From assembly GCA_965205855.1 (NCBI GenBank), contig OZ242184.1, forward strand, positions 320,001-384,000: a stretch of 64,000 nucleotides of DNA. Direction: 5' to 3'. Position 1 is the first letter of the stretch. The number at the start of each line of letters is the position of its first letter. The translations under genes and the position numbers were made by a program. Below the pieces are notes generated by a model. That model was not told where the DNA came from, ran no database searches, and was given only the letters and a program-made list of their open reading frames with translations. The DNA is from Thermodesulfobacteriota bacterium (lineage in GTDB: Bacteria; Desulfobacterota_D; UBA1144; Nemesobacterales; Mycalebacteriaceae). Of this stretch, positions 8,823 to 19,941 are shown piece after piece.

Positions 8823-10927
8823 ACGTTGTCCCGCGGCTGAGGATTTTGCCCAGCCTTTGCCGTTTCTATCTTTGACAGATCGCCCACTTTGAAGAAGAGG
8901 TCTTTTATTCCGCCGAGCAGAGCCGCGCGGTTTTTTCTTATACGGGCGTTCTTGTGCATTACCATTGTGCTTTCAAAAAAGTCGTCCACGGGTTTGCCGA
9001 GTGATTCCAACAGTTTGAGATAAGCCCCGTAGTCCGACGGTTGCGGTAATTTTTCAATTTGTACAAGTGCTTTCCACAGGTTTTTTTCCGCCGCGCCTTC
9101 AAATAAAGTCTCATCAACCTTCCCGCGCGCGCTGTCTCCGAGGATATTCACAACTCTTTTGAAGGACACCGCGAGTGCGCCGAAGGAGCGGGATTTTCTT
9201 GAGTTTTCAAGCGCGTCAAGACGTGCCCGACAGTCGGTAACGCTGTCGAACCGAGCCGATATGACGGCTTCCAGAGAGTCCGGTTTCGCTCCGCGCTCGG
9301 TCATAATTCCCCTGAACCTTCCCGCGATAAAATCGGTTATTTCCCCGCGTATCAGGTTTGTGTCTGTATACGGGGGGACGGAATATGAGCCCTTTTCCAT
9401 AAATTTGAGGCAGAAGTCCGCAAGTTGCGGAACGCTGAATTTGAGGTTTTTTTCAAGTGTTATGCGTATGAGCCCGATCGCCTGTCTTCTGAGCGCGTGA
9501 GGGTCGGAGGAACCGGTCGGCTTCATTCCCAGATAGAAGCAGGCGCAGATATTGTCCATTTTGTCCGCAATCGCGAGCAATGCTCCCGTGTCGGTTTGAG
9601 GCAAAACGGAGTCTCTTGCGGTGGGCATATATTGTTCCTCAATCGCCGCGCAAACCTCTTTGTCTTCCCCTACGGCTTCGGAGTAGTGTCTTCCCATAAC
9701 GCCCTGAAGTTCGGGAATCTCAAAAACCATCTGTGTTACAAGGTCGGCTTTTGAGAGGGTCGCCGCCCTTTTGAGTTTTTTCAGACCTTTTTGTCCGCAA
9801 AGACGCGCGACCCGGTCGGCGGTTTTTTCCAGACGCGCGGTTTTGTCGCCGTAGCTTCCGAGGCCGGAAAGGAAAATGGTTGACTCAAGTTCTCCAAGAT
9901 TGCTTTCAAGCGGTTTTTTCAAATCCTCTGTGTGGAAAAATTCCGCGTCCGTAAAACGCGCCCGCAAAACCCTTTCATTGCCCCTGATTACCGTTTCGGG
10001 GGTTTTCACCGGAGTTCCGCACACGAAAACAAAATACGGCATAATCTCGCCCGTGGCGGAGAATACGGGAAAGTATTTCTGATGTTTTTTCATCACGCTT
10101 GTAAGAACCTCTTCGGGCAGATTGAGGAACTGTTTCTCAAATCTTCCCGAAAGCACAACCGGATACTCTACAAGCCCGTTTACAGAGCTCAGAAGCTCGT
10201 TGTCCTGCCGGAAGACGCCACCGAGTTTCTCCGTTTCCGAGCGGACTTTTTTCTCTATGATTTTCAGCCGCTCATCGGGGTCGGCTATGACAAAATTCTT
10301 CCTCAGGCCTTCGAGATATGTTTCCCATCCGGCGGGTTTGAAAGGTTCTCCTCCCGCGAACCTGTGACCGGAGACGGTTGTTGAAAAAGGTACTCCTTCC
10401 ATCTCCATTGCAAGCGGCTCTCCTCCGTAGAAGCATGACACCTTCCTGACCGGCCTTGCGAACGCCGCGCTTGCTCTTTGCCACCTCATTGACTTCGGAC
10501 ACCGTACTCCCGCGATGATTGAAGAGATGTTTTGCGAGATTATTTGCCCCGATTCCTTGCCCTTTATTTTTTGTCTGAATGCGAGAAACCTGCCTTTTTC
10601 TCTTTCCACTATCTCAAGGTCTTCCACGCGCGCACCCTTGCCTCGGGCAAACCCGAGCGCGGCGGGAGTCGGGGAGCCGTTTTCGGAAAACGCCGATGCC
10701 TCCGAGGGGCCGAAATTTTCAACCACCGTGTCTTTCTGTCTTGTCTCAACCCCGCCGACCATGAGGGCGAGTCGCCTGGGGGTGTGAAGGCACAAGATTT
10801 TTTCAAAACCGACCGACAGCTCACGGAATTTGTTCTCAAAATTTTCGCATAGCGAGCGGGCGATTTCCGGCGCCATTGTCGCGGGAATCTCCTCAACTGT
10901 CATTTCCATGAAAAAGTCTTTTTTCAT
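8819..10927 (-). CDS. glyS: Glycine-tRNA ligase beta subunit
   Basis: [44 protein letters not shown] 10927 overlaps the glyQ stop (ATGA). Confidence 0.95.
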   Translation of the reverse strand: MKKDFFMEMTVEEIPATMAPEIARSLCENFENKFRELSVGFEKILCLHTPRRLALMVGGVETRQKDTVVENFGPSEASAFSENGSPTPAALGFARGKGARVEDLEIVEREKGRFLAFRQKIKGKESGQIISQNISSIIAGVRCPKSMRWQRASAAFARPVRKVSCFYGGEPLAMEMEGVPFSTTVSGHRFAGGEPFKPAGWETYLEGLRKNFVIADPDERLKIIEKKVRSETEKLGGVFRQDNELLSSVNGLVEYPVVLSGRFEKQFLNLPEEVLTSVMKKHQKYFPVFSATGEIMPYFVFVCGTPVKTPETVIRGNERVLRARFTDAEFFHTEDLKKPLESNLGELESTIFLSGLGSYGDKTARLEKTADRVARLCGQKGLKKLKRAATLSKADLVTQMVFEIPELQGVMGRHYSEAVGEDKEVCAAIEEQYMPTARDSVLPQTDTGALLAIADKMDNICACFYLGMKPTGSSDPHALRRQAIGLIRITLEKNLKFSVPQLADFCLKFMEKGSYSVPPYTDTNLIRGEITDFIAGRFRGIMTERGAKPDSLEAVISARFDSVTDCRARLDALENSRKSRSFGALAVSFKRVVNILGDSARGKVDETLFEGAAEKNLWKALVQIEKLPQPSDYGAYLKLLESLGKPVDDFFESTMVMHKNARIRKNRAALLGGIKDLFFKVGDLSKIETAKAGQNPQPRDNV

Positions 10928-11817
10928 CGTCCGGCTTTGCCGCCTCTTGATTGTACGAGCAAAGGAAAACCGAGTTCGGCGCGTTTTTCGAGCCAGGCCC
11001 TTGAGCACGCGCCAGCAAGCGCGCGCACTTTTGCCATGTAGTTTTCTCTTTCGGCTATTCCAACCGCACCGCGCGCGTCCAGCAGGTTGAACACATGGGA
11101 GCATTTCATGCAATACTCGTAAGCCGGTAGCGGCAGACCGTCTTCGCTAAGTTTTTTGCATTCTACGCTGAATTGCTCAAACAGCAGGGTGAGCATCCTG
11201 CGGTCGGATTTCTCAAAGTTGTAGGTTGAAAACTCAAATTCCCCTTCCCTGTGTATCTCTCCGTAGGAAATCCCGCCGTCCCACTCAAGGTCAAACACGT
11301 TGTCCACTCCCTGAAGATACATTGCGATTCTTTCCGTTCCGTATGTTATTTCCGCAGACACCGGATCAAGGTCAATGCCTCCTGCCTGCTGAAAATAGGT
11401 GAACTGTGTTATCTCCATTCCGTCCAGCCAAACTTCCCATCCGAGACCCCACGCGCCCAGAGTCGGGGACTCCCAGTCGTCTTCCACAAACCTTATGTCG
11501 TGCTTCATGGGGTCTATGCCAAACGACTCAAGGCTTTTTATATATAGCTCCTGTATGTCCGCCGGCGCGGGTTTGATGAGCACTTGAAACTGGTAATAGT
11601 GCTGAAGCCTGTTCGGGTTGTTCCCGTATCTGCCGTCGGCGGGTCTTCTGCACGGTTCCACATACGCCGCCTTCCACGGCTCGGGACCGAGACACCTGAG
11701 GAATGTGTGAGGGTTGAATGTTCCCGCGCCCGTCTCGGTGTCGCAGGGTTGCACTATTATGCATCCTTGTTTCGCCCAGAAATCCTGAAGAGAGAGTATG
11801 AGTTTTTGAAAAGTCAT
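10924..11817 (-). CDS. glyQ: Glycine-tRNA ligase alpha subunit
   Basis: [44 protein letters not shown]. Confidence 0.98.
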   Translation of the reverse strand: MTFQKLILSLQDFWAKQGCIIVQPCDTETGAGTFNPHTFLRCLGPEPWKAAYVEPCRRPADGRYGNNPNRLQHYYQFQVLIKPAPADIQELYIKSLESFGIDPMKHDIRFVEDDWESPTLGAWGLGWEVWLDGMEITQFTYFQQAGGIDLDPVSAEITYGTERIAMYLQGVDNVFDLEWDGGISYGEIHREGEFEFSTYNFEKSDRRMLTLLFEQFSVECKKLSEDGLPLPAYEYCMKCSHVFNLLDARGAVGIAERENYMAKVRALAGACSRAWLEKRAELGFPLLVQSRGGKAGR

Positions 11818-11979
11818 TGACAGCAAGTGGTGACTGCAAAATCGCCACTAAATCTATCATTAAACGCGCGAAATTGAAAAACCGCACCGGGCTCACGGTT
11901 TTTAAACCGTCTTTTTTTGCCCGAACGGTGCGGTGAAAATCGCACTGAACGGGGTTTTTCTGTATATTTTCGTTGTCAG

Positions 11980-13581
11980 ATGAGTGAGCAATCCACCACA
12001 AACAGCCCGAACGGGCTCAAGTCCGCAGGAGCGGATGTGCCGGATTTTCCGGACAACTTCAGAATTGACCCCGAACTCCTTGAGGTCGTTCCCGAACATT
12101 TTGCCAGAAAACACAGCGCCTTTCCCTTGCGCGGAGAAGACGGTTCCATAGTCATGGCGGTTCCAAAGGGGGTGAAACCCGACGCTTTGGACTGCGTGAA
12201 ATTCCACTCCGGACGCACGACGGAATTTATACCAGTTTCCCCGCAGACCGTTACCGCGCTTATAGAAAACAACTACGCAAAGCCGACAAATCTGACAAGT
12301 CCAGACGGGGGTTTTGCCAGCGATGCAATACAGCGGATAATTGATGAAGTTTCCCTCTCTTCACAAAGCGAAGACGGGAGGCAGTCCGTTACGGATTTTT
12401 CGCAGTCCTCGCCGGTTGTGAAACTCACAAATTCCATTATTGAAGAAGCGTTTTTCAAAAGGGCAAGCGACATACATCTGGAGCCGTATGAGAATGAGCT
12501 CAGGGTCAGATACAGAATTGACGGCGTGTTGTATGTTTTCCACAGACTTCCGATTCGCATAGCACCGGTACTGACTTCAAGACTCAAAGTTATGTGCGAA
12601 CTCAATATCGTGGAAAAAAGACTGACACAACAGGGGCGTATGGATTTTCAGACTTCGCACGGGAAAAGTTTTGAATGCAGAATTTCGGTTGTTCCGGTGA
12701 TTTTCGGCGAGAAGGTTGCCATAAGAATTCTGGATTCGAAACCGCTCCATTTCAGCCTCAGTCAACTCGGCTTTGAGAGCACACAGCTTGCGGATTTTGA
12801 AAGGGCACTGCGCGTTGAAAATGGAATGGTACTCATAGCGGGACCCACGGGAAGTGGAAAAACCACGACCCTTTACTCGGTTCTTGAAGAGATAAAAAGC
12901 GACAATATAAACATCATCACGGCGGAAGACCCGATTGAGTACAACATCAGCGGCATAAATCAGGTTCAAGTCAGGGAAGATATCGGACTTACTTTTTCGG
13001 AGTGTCTGCGGTCTTTTCTCCGTCAGGACCCCGATGTGATTCTTGTCGGCGAGATTAGAGATTCCCAGACCGCGGAGATAGCGGTTAAGGCATCTCTTAC
13101 GGGGCATTTGATGCTTTCCACAATTCACACCGGCGACTCGCTTTCCTCCATTGTGCGTTTGCTTGACATGGGAATAGAGCCGTTTCTTGTGGCATCTTCC
13201 CTGCGCGCCGTTGTGTCGCAGAGGCTTGTCAGGGTGATATGCGACAGCTGCAAACAAAACGCGGAGATTGCCGCCGCCGTGCTCCGTGCCGCGGAAATAC
13301 CGGAGGAAGATTGCCGTCCGGATTCGGTCTGCGAGGGAGCGGGCTGCCCGGCGTGCTCGGAAATCGGATACAGGGGAAGGGAAGCGGTCTACGAGGTTGT
13401 TGTGGTTAATTCCGAACTCAGGGAGATGATTGTGTCGGGGGCTTCTACGGGCGAGATGAGGGAGTGGGCGGCACGCGGGGGGTTAAAAACAATGAGGCAA
13501 AACGCAATTGAAAAACTTTCGCGCGGAATAACAACCCTTGAAGAGGTTTTAAAAAACGTCCCGTACGACGGCGGAGAGTAG
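11980..13581 (+). CDS. pilB: Type IV pilus / T2SS assembly ATPase PilB/GspE
   Basis: ASDIHLEP, GPTGSGKTTT, LRQDPDVILVGEIRD, Zn-binding CxxC...CxxC. Confidence 0.9.
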   Translation: MSEQSTTNSPNGLKSAGADVPDFPDNFRIDPELLEVVPEHFARKHSAFPLRGEDGSIVMAVPKGVKPDALDCVKFHSGRTTEFIPVSPQTVTALIENNYAKPTNLTSPDGGFASDAIQRIIDEVSLSSQSEDGRQSVTDFSQSSPVVKLTNSIIEEAFFKRASDIHLEPYENELRVRYRIDGVLYVFHRLPIRIAPVLTSRLKVMCELNIVEKRLTQQGRMDFQTSHGKSFECRISVVPVIFGEKVAIRILDSKPLHFSLSQLGFESTQLADFERALRVENGMVLIAGPTGSGKTTTLYSVLEEIKSDNINIITAEDPIEYNISGINQVQVREDIGLTFSECLRSFLRQDPDVILVGEIRDSQTAEIAVKASLTGHLMLSTIHTGDSLSSIVRLLDMGIEPFLVASSLRAVVSQRLVRVICDSCKQNAEIAAAVLRAAEIPEEDCRPDSVCEGAGCPACSEIGYRGREAVYEVVVVNSELREMIVSGASTGEMREWAARGGLKTMRQNAIEKLSRGITTLEEVLKNVPYDGGE

Positions 13582-13593
13582 GTACGGACGGTT

Positions 13594-14853
13594 ATGCCGG
13601 TTTTTATCTGGGAAGGAGAATCCAAAGGCGTGAAAACACGCGGTGAAATGGAGGCGTCAAGCAAGTCCGAGGTGGTTTCGCGTCTGAGAAACATGGGCGT
13701 GTTGTCGTCCCCGGACGGCATTCGCCGCAAGGGGGCATTCTTGCGCGAAGGATTCGCAAAAGGTTTTGCGGGGCGGGTTTACGGTATTCTCCAAACCGAT
13801 ATTTACACCGGACCGGTGCCGTCTTCGGCGGTCTATGCGTTTACAAGGAAATTTTCCGTTATGGTCGGCGCCGGCATTGACATTTCCCGCGCGCTTGGGG
13901 TTCTCGCTTCGCAGGAGACAAACACCCGGTTCAGAAATATAGTTGAGCAAACCGCGCGGTCGGTAAGGCGCGGGGAAAGTTTCTCCTCCGCTCTGGAAAA
14001 ACATCCGGAGGCGTTTTCATCCCTCTACACGGGTCTTGTGAAAGCCGCCGAAAAGGGCGGAAACATGGGCGAAATAATGATGAACTTTGCCGACAGTCTT
14101 CAGAAAGCGGAGCAGTTGAAGAAAAAGGCACTTGCCGCGATGGTATATCCGCTGACCGTGATTACGGGCGCGTTTGTCGTTCTTTTTCTTGCCGTGTCGT
14201 TTCTTGTTCCGGTATTCGCTCGAGTGTTTGAGGATATGGGGGCGCAGTTGCCGCCTCTGACGGCTGCCGTTATGAATTTCGGGGTGTTTGTGAAATCCAA
14301 TCTTGTCTTTATCGCGGTTTTCTTCCCCGCCGCGCTGGTTGCGCCCTTTGTTGTTTACAAGCGCTCCGACAAGGCGGCGGAGTTTATCGACCGTCTTGTT
14401 TTCTTTGTTCCGGTTTTTGGCGAAATGACGCACAAATCAATTCTCGCGCGGTTTTGCACGACCCTTGCCGCACTTCTTCGCGGAGGCGTTCCGCTTGTTT
14501 CCGCCCTTGAGGTTGTCTCCACATCCTCGAACAACCGTTTTTTCTCAAAAGCGGTTGTCTCCGCGGCGCGGGAGATGGTCAAGGGAAGGGGAGTTTCGGA
14601 GTCCTTCGGTGGCGGCAAACTTTTTCCTCCGGTATTTCTGTCCATGATAGAAGCCGGGGAACAGTCGGGAAGACTCGCGTTTATCCTTGACGGTCTTGCG
14701 GGCAGTTATCAGCAGGAGGCGGATTCACTCTCCCTTGCGGTTCAATCCCTTGCGGAAAGCTCGGCAATTTTTATTGTGGGCGTTGCGGTCTCGGTTATAG
14801 TGATTTCAATGTATCTGCCGATATTCAACCTTGTGTCACTTTTCTCAAGTTAG
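13594..14853 (+). CDS. pilC: Type IV pilus / T2SS inner-membrane platform PilC/GspF
   Basis: Two T2SSF domains, AAEKGG, AMVYP, QLPPLT, AGEQSG, SMYLPIF. Confidence 0.9.
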   Translation: MPVFIWEGESKGVKTRGEMEASSKSEVVSRLRNMGVLSSPDGIRRKGAFLREGFAKGFAGRVYGILQTDIYTGPVPSSAVYAFTRKFSVMVGAGIDISRALGVLASQETNTRFRNIVEQTARSVRRGESFSSALEKHPEAFSSLYTGLVKAAEKGGNMGEIMMNFADSLQKAEQLKKKALAAMVYPLTVITGAFVVLFLAVSFLVPVFARVFEDMGAQLPPLTAAVMNFGVFVKSNLVFIAVFFPAALVAPFVVYKRSDKAAEFIDRLVFFVPVFGEMTHKSILARFCTTLAALLRGGVPLVSALEVVSTSSNNRFFSKAVVSAAREMVKGRGVSESFGGGKLFPPVFLSMIEAGEQSGRLAFILDGLAGSYQQEADSLSLAVQSLAESSAIFIVGVAVSVIVISMYLPIFNLVSLFSS

Positions 14854-14880
14854 CGCGGGCGTTTCAACAAGGTAATCACA

Positions 14881-16992
14881 ATGAGCGGTTCTTCTAAAAA
14901 ACTCAGAAAAGAGCTTGGCGTAAAAGACATTTTCGCACTCGGAGTTGGCACCTCCCTGAGCGCGGGGCTTTTTCTTCTTCCCGGTATTGCCGCGAAGGAA
15001 TTCGGGCTTGGCTCATCGGTCGTCATAGCTTATATGGTGGCCGTTTTTGCCCTTGTTCCAGTCATATTCAGTATAGCCGAGCTTTCAACCGCCATGCCCA
15101 GAGCGGGAGGCGTCTATTATTTCATAGACCGCTCTCTGGGGCCTCTTTTCGGCACCGTGGGGGGAATTGGCAGCTGGCTGGCCCTTGTTCTCAAATCCGC
15201 TTTCGCGCTTATCGGTATGGGTTACTACCTGTTGCATTTTTTCCCGGATTATAGTAATTATGTTGTTCCGTTCTCAATCTTCTCCTGCTTTGTCATAGGA
15301 ATGGTTAACGCCGTCGGGGCAAAGGGAAGCGGCGATTTCCAGAAGCTACTTGTTACCATTCTCATTTTGACGCTCACGGTTTTCATTGCCGTGGGCATTC
15401 CGGAAATTGATTCGGCGAACCTGTCAACATTTTTTGAATTTTCGCCCGAAGCGATGCTTGCCACTTCCGCGATGGTCTATATCAGTTACGCGGGGATAAC
15501 AAAGGTTACTAGTCTCTCGGAGGAGGTTAAAGACCCCGAGCGCACCATTCCGCTTGGGATGTTTTATGCGCTTGGCGTATCCGTTTTAATTTACGGGCTT
15601 GGCATTCTTGTAATGGTCGGTGTCATTCCCGGAAAGGAAGTGCTCGGGGACTATACCCTTGCTGCGGACGCCGCGGGAGCGGTTCTCGGCAAGACGGGAC
15701 TTCACATCATATCCTTTGCGGCCATTGCCGCGTTTATCTCGGTCGCAAACGCTGGAACGCTTACCGCATCGCGCTACCCTCTGGCAATGAGCCGGGACGA
15801 TGTTATGCCACGCGTTTTTATGAAAATTTCACAAAACGGCACGCCCGTCTATGCCCTTGCGCTGACGGTGCTTGCGGTCACGGTTGTGCTTGTTCTTCTT
15901 GACCCTATCAGGATTGTAAAACTTGCAAGTGCTTTTCAGCTTTTTGTGTTTGCGATTGTGTGTTTTTCCGTGATTGTGATGAGAGAAAGTAGAATTGAGT
16001 CATACGACCCGGGATACAAATCTCCTTTTTATCCCTGGATGCAGTTTGCCGGCATTCTTTTCTCTCTCTGGTTGTTTTTCAGTTTCGGTTTTATGGCAAA
16101 GTTTTTCACCGCAGTTGTCGTAGCCGTGTGCGTGATATGGTATCGGTTTTATGTCCGAGGCGGTGCCGAGAGAGGCGGAGCGATATTTCATCTGTTTGAA
16201 AAACTCGGGCGTTCAAGATACGACGGTCTGGACACCGAACTAAGGGGAATACTCAAAGAAAAGGGCTTGCGCAAAGAAGACCCGTTTGACCGCCTTATGG
16301 TGGGAAGCGGAGTGATTGATTTGAAAGACCGTGACGGGCTTGATTTTGAGATGGTCGCCCATCTTGTGGCGGAGAAACTGTGTCAACGCATAAGGCATTT
16401 CTCTCCCGCGGAAATTGCGCGGCTTTTTATAGAAAACACCGGAGTTGGCATGACACCTGTTACCGGAGACGGCGTAGCTCTTCCGCATTTGAGGCTTGCC
16501 GGGCTTGACAATATGGAGATTGTGATGGTTCGCTCGCGCCGCGGGGTCGGTATCCGTGCAAGTGGCGAAGAACCCATGCAGTCCGCATCCTCGGCGAAAG
16601 CGCTGTTTTTTCTCGTAAGTCCCAAGGACGACCCCAACCTGCATCTCAGAATACTCGCCAGAATGGCAAGCATAGTTGAAGATGAAAGCTTTCACAGAGA
16701 TTGGATGAGAGCTCCCGGAGAGGATGAACTCAGGGAAATATTCACGCGCAGTGAGCAGATAATCACTTTTGAAATCGGCCCCTGGGACAGTCCGTCCCAT
16801 GCTCTTGTCGGCAAGCCGTTGAGGAATTCCAAATTGCCTCAGGGCTGTCTTGTGGCCCTTGTCAAGAAAGCCGGGCACGCTGTTGTTCCCGGTCCGATGA
16901 CCGTTTTGGAGCAGGGGGATTCCGTAACTTTTGTCGGAGAGCCCGAAGCGATTGAAGAGGTTAAAAGAAGATATCTGTGGACGGGGAACTGA
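14881..16992 (+). CDS. APC amino-acid permease fused to a PTS EIIA-like domain and a TrkA-C (RCK_C) domain
   Basis: 12-TM APC (GLFLLPG, AELSTAMPRAGG), then GVALPH (EIIA His) and a C-terminal LVGKPL...VPGPMTVLEQGD. Confidence 0.85.
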   Translation: MSGSSKKLRKELGVKDIFALGVGTSLSAGLFLLPGIAAKEFGLGSSVVIAYMVAVFALVPVIFSIAELSTAMPRAGGVYYFIDRSLGPLFGTVGGIGSWLALVLKSAFALIGMGYYLLHFFPDYSNYVVPFSIFSCFVIGMVNAVGAKGSGDFQKLLVTILILTLTVFIAVGIPEIDSANLSTFFEFSPEAMLATSAMVYISYAGITKVTSLSEEVKDPERTIPLGMFYALGVSVLIYGLGILVMVGVIPGKEVLGDYTLAADAAGAVLGKTGLHIISFAAIAAFISVANAGTLTASRYPLAMSRDDVMPRVFMKISQNGTPVYALALTVLAVTVVLVLLDPIRIVKLASAFQLFVFAIVCFSVIVMRESRIESYDPGYKSPFYPWMQFAGILFSLWLFFSFGFMAKFFTAVVVAVCVIWYRFYVRGGAERGGAIFHLFEKLGRSRYDGLDTELRGILKEKGLRKEDPFDRLMVGSGVIDLKDRDGLDFEMVAHLVAEKLCQRIRHFSPAEIARLFIENTGVGMTPVTGDGVALPHLRLAGLDNMEIVMVRSRRGVGIRASGEEPMQSASSAKALFFLVSPKDDPNLHLRILARMASIVEDESFHRDWMRAPGEDELREIFTRSEQIITFEIGPWDSPSHALVGKPLRNSKLPQGCLVALVKKAGHAVVPGPMTVLEQGDSVTFVGEPEAIEEVKRRYLWTGN

Positions 16993-16997
16993 GACAG

Positions 16998-17648
16998 TTG
17001 AAATACAAAGCCGTAATTTTTGACCTTGACGGGACGCTTGTTGACTCGGTTGCAGACATAGCCAATGCCGCCAATGCGTCTTTACAACGCAACGGGTTTC
17101 CCCACCGGGATGTTGACGAATACAGGCTTTTCATAGGCGAGGGCGCTGAGGGAATGATAAAAAAAGCTCTTCCCCAAAATGCCTCCAGGGCGGACATAGG
17201 CAGATGTCTTGAGGGTTTTATGCTGTCCTACAGAGAGGGTTTTGATGTTCTCACAAAACCTTACGATGGCATAGAGAAGTTGCTTGGCGCTCTTTGCGGC
17301 GGCGGCGTAACGATTGCCGTGCTTTCCAACAAGCCGCAGGAGATGACTTCAAAGATTGTCCGCAGTCTTCTTTCGGACTGGCCGTTTGCCGAGATTGTCG
17401 GACACAGCGGTGAGACTCCGCGAAAGCCCGACCCCGCCGGAGCTCTGGGACTCTGTTCAAGGATTTCGATTGGCCCGGAGCAAACCGCGTTTGTGGGGGA
17501 TTCTGCCATAGACATGAAAACTGCGGTTGCCGCCGGGATGCTTCCCGTTGGGGTACTTTGGGGATTTCGCAGCAGAGACGAGCTTGTCGGCGCCGGAGCG
17601 CGTTATGTTATGGAGCATCCAGCCGACCTTACGGATATTATAGGATAG
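16998..17648 (+). CDS. HAD-family hydrolase (phosphoglycolate phosphatase-like)
   Basis: DLDGTLVDS, VLSNK, KPDP, VGDSAID. TTG 16998 or GTG 16977. Confidence 0.9.
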   Translation: MKYKAVIFDLDGTLVDSVADIANAANASLQRNGFPHRDVDEYRLFIGEGAEGMIKKALPQNASRADIGRCLEGFMLSYREGFDVLTKPYDGIEKLLGALCGGGVTIAVLSNKPQEMTSKIVRSLLSDWPFAEIVGHSGETPRKPDPAGALGLCSRISIGPEQTAFVGDSAIDMKTAVAAGMLPVGVLWGFRSRDELVGAGARYVMEHPADLTDIIG

Positions 17649-17658
17649 GATTCAAACT

Positions 17659-18822
17659 GTGAGCGGATTTTGCGCAAAAGGCATAAAAACACGGCTTGGA
17701 ATTCTCGGTGGCGGCCAGCTTGGCAAGATGCTGTGCCTTGCCGCAGCCGAATGGAATTTGCCGACAATGATTCTTGACCCTTCGGGCGACTGTCCGGCGT
17801 CTTCGGTCTGCTCGGATTTTACAAAGGGGGATTTCAAAAATGCCTCCGATGTGATGAATTTCGGACACGGCGCGGACATGTTGACCATAGAGATAGAGCA
17901 TGTGAACACGGACGCGCTCAAGACTCTTGAGCGCGATGGAACGATGACAAATCCCTCGCCTGAAGTTATTTCGCTTATACAGGACAAGGGGCTTCAGAAA
18001 CAGTTTTACTCGGAGCGGGGGATTCCCTCGCCGGATTTCTCCCTTTTTGACACTCCGCGTGAGATTGCGGATGCGGTTGCGGGCGGCGCGCTCAAACTTC
18101 CTTTTGTGCAGAAACTTCGCACAAGCGGCTATGACGGGCGGGGTGTATCGGTTGTCCGTTCGGAGTCTGACCTCGGGCGGCTTCTTGACGGCCCTTCGGT
18201 TGTTGAAACCTTTGTTGACATAGAAAGAGAACTGTCGGTTATCGTGGCGCGCAACGGGAGCGGGCAGACCGCATGTTTTCCGCCTGTTGAGTTGATATTC
18301 AACAGCGAGGCAAACCTTGTGGAGTATCTTGTTTGTCCCGTGGAGAATGTTGACCCCGTGGCACTTACGGAGGCGGAGAAAATTGCGCTTGAGATTGCGG
18401 ATTCTCTGTCGCTGCGGGGAATAATAGCGGTTGAGATTTTTCTTTCCACAGACGGGCGGGTTATGGTTAACGAGGCCGCTCCGCGTCCGCACAACAGCGG
18501 ACATCACACAATAGAGGCGTGCGTGACATCGCAATACGAGCAGTGCCTTCGCGCCGTGCTGGATTTGCCGCTTGGCGGCACGGCTCTTAAAACTCCGTCT
18601 GTTATGGTTAACATTCTGGGCAAGCCGGGGTATGAGGGGGAAGCGATATACAGCGGATTGGATGAGTGCATGAGGGTGAGCGGGGCGAGCTTTCACATCT
18701 ACGGAAAGACGCGCACAAAACCATTCAGAAAGATGGGGCATGTTACGGTTACCGACAGGGATATAAAAAATGCTTTGACAAAGGCGCGGTTCATAAAACA
18801 AAATCTTAGGGTGGTGTCATGA
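17659..18822 (+). CDS. purK: N5-CAIR synthetase
   Basis: GILGGGQLGKM, GYDGRG, NEAAPRPHNSGH, RKMGH. Confidence 0.96.
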   Translation: MSGFCAKGIKTRLGILGGGQLGKMLCLAAAEWNLPTMILDPSGDCPASSVCSDFTKGDFKNASDVMNFGHGADMLTIEIEHVNTDALKTLERDGTMTNPSPEVISLIQDKGLQKQFYSERGIPSPDFSLFDTPREIADAVAGGALKLPFVQKLRTSGYDGRGVSVVRSESDLGRLLDGPSVVETFVDIERELSVIVARNGSGQTACFPPVELIFNSEANLVEYLVCPVENVDPVALTEAEKIALEIADSLSLRGIIAVEIFLSTDGRVMVNEAAPRPHNSGHHTIEACVTSQYEQCLRAVLDLPLGGTALKTPSVMVNILGKPGYEGEAIYSGLDECMRVSGASFHIYGKTRTKPFRKMGHVTVTDRDIKNALTKARFIKQNLRVVS

Positions 18823-19340
18823 GCAAACCGGTTGTAAGCGTTGTTATGGGTTCTGATTCGGACCTTGGGGTTATGAAAAAGGCGGCGGCCTTTCTTGAGG
18901 GTTTGGGAGTTCCCGTTGAGGTTACAATCGTGAGCGCTCACAGAACCCCGCAGCGGCTTTTTGATTTTGCGCAAAACGCGCACACGCGCGGGATAGATGT
19001 AATCATTGCCGGCGCGGGAGGCGCGGCGCATCTGCCCGGAATGATAGCGTCTATTTCCCCGCTTCCGGTTATCGGCGTGCCGATTAACTCTTCAAACTCC
19101 ATTGACGGTGTGGATTCGGTTCTTTCAATTCTCCAGATGCCCGCTGGTGTTCCGGTTGCGACTGTTGCCGTTGACGGCGGCGAGAATGCGGGAATTCTCG
19201 CGGCGGAGATTCTTGCGGTGAAAGCCCCCGCGCTTCGGGATAAAATTGTTGAGTTTAAAAAGGGACTTGCGGACGGCGTGAGGAAGAAGTTTGAACGGCT
19301 TGAGAAAGAGGGTTATGTGGAGTATTTGAAAGGGAAATGA
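18819..19340 (+). CDS. purE: N5-CAIR mutase
   Basis: VMGSDSD, SAHRTP, GAGGAAHLPGM, QMPAGVPVATV. Confidence 0.97.
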   Translation: MSKPVVSVVMGSDSDLGVMKKAAAFLEGLGVPVEVTIVSAHRTPQRLFDFAQNAHTRGIDVIIAGAGGAAHLPGMIASISPLPVIGVPINSSNSIDGVDSVLSILQMPAGVPVATVAVDGGENAGILAAEILAVKAPALRDKIVEFKKGLADGVRKKFERLEKEGYVEYLKGK

Positions 19341-19939
19341 CTTGGAAAGAGTTTGTTTATGATTTAGTAGTTCAACACTGCGAAAGGAGTGGTGAGAGAG
19401 CTTTTACCCTTCAAGAGCTTCAGAAGCAAAACAAAGACGAAATTTCCGGTTTCAGAGATAAGGCAAAAACTCCGAACGCGACAGTAAGAAGAGTCCTTCA
19501 AGAATTAAGGGACGTTGACCTTATAGCGTTTAAAAGCAAAGGGGAATATTGTTTACGAGGACAGGATTTGCCAATTCTGCAAGCCGGAGCGGAAGATGAG
19601 AGCCTTATTGAGATAATTAAAAAATCTCCCGTGGAAAAGAGAGAATATTTTTTTGAGGTATTTGTCAGAGACGCCTCTTGGAAAACAAAAGCCACAAAGG
19701 TTTTCGGTTTTGACTGTTTACTACCAAAATGCGTTAATTCATTCATCAAAGAGGACGGAACGCCTTATATTGAGGTTCATCACATTAAGTCTCTTTGCGA
19801 AGGCGGAGAGAATAATATTGGGAATTTATCTGTTGTGTGCGCGCACCATCACAGGATGGCGCATTATGCGGATGTCCGCACACGGGAAGATATTCAAAAC
19901 ATATTGATTGAGAAAAACGGAAGTATCATTTCCGATTGA
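19337..19939 (+). CDS. Winged-helix (DpnI/Dam-replacing HTH-like) - HNH endonuclease
   Basis: N-terminal FTLQEL...NATVRRVLQELRD.DLI.F..KG.Y and C-terminal C..C...YIEVHHI..L..GG....NL..VCAHHH. Confidence 0.75.
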   Translation: MTWKEFVYDLVVQHCERSGERAFTLQELQKQNKDEISGFRDKAKTPNATVRRVLQELRDVDLIAFKSKGEYCLRGQDLPILQAGAEDESLIEIIKKSPVEKREYFFEVFVRDASWKTKATKVFGFDCLLPKCVNSFIKEDGTPYIEVHHIKSLCEGGENNIGNLSVVCAHHHRMAHYADVRTREDIQNILIEKNGSIISD

Positions 19940-19941
19940 AG

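Noticed and set aside
17638-18801. 387-aa antisense ORF over purK, and other long shadow ORFs such as 52581-53549 and 45218-45844
   Set aside because: They mirror well-conserved genes on the opposite strand and have no recognisable motifs.
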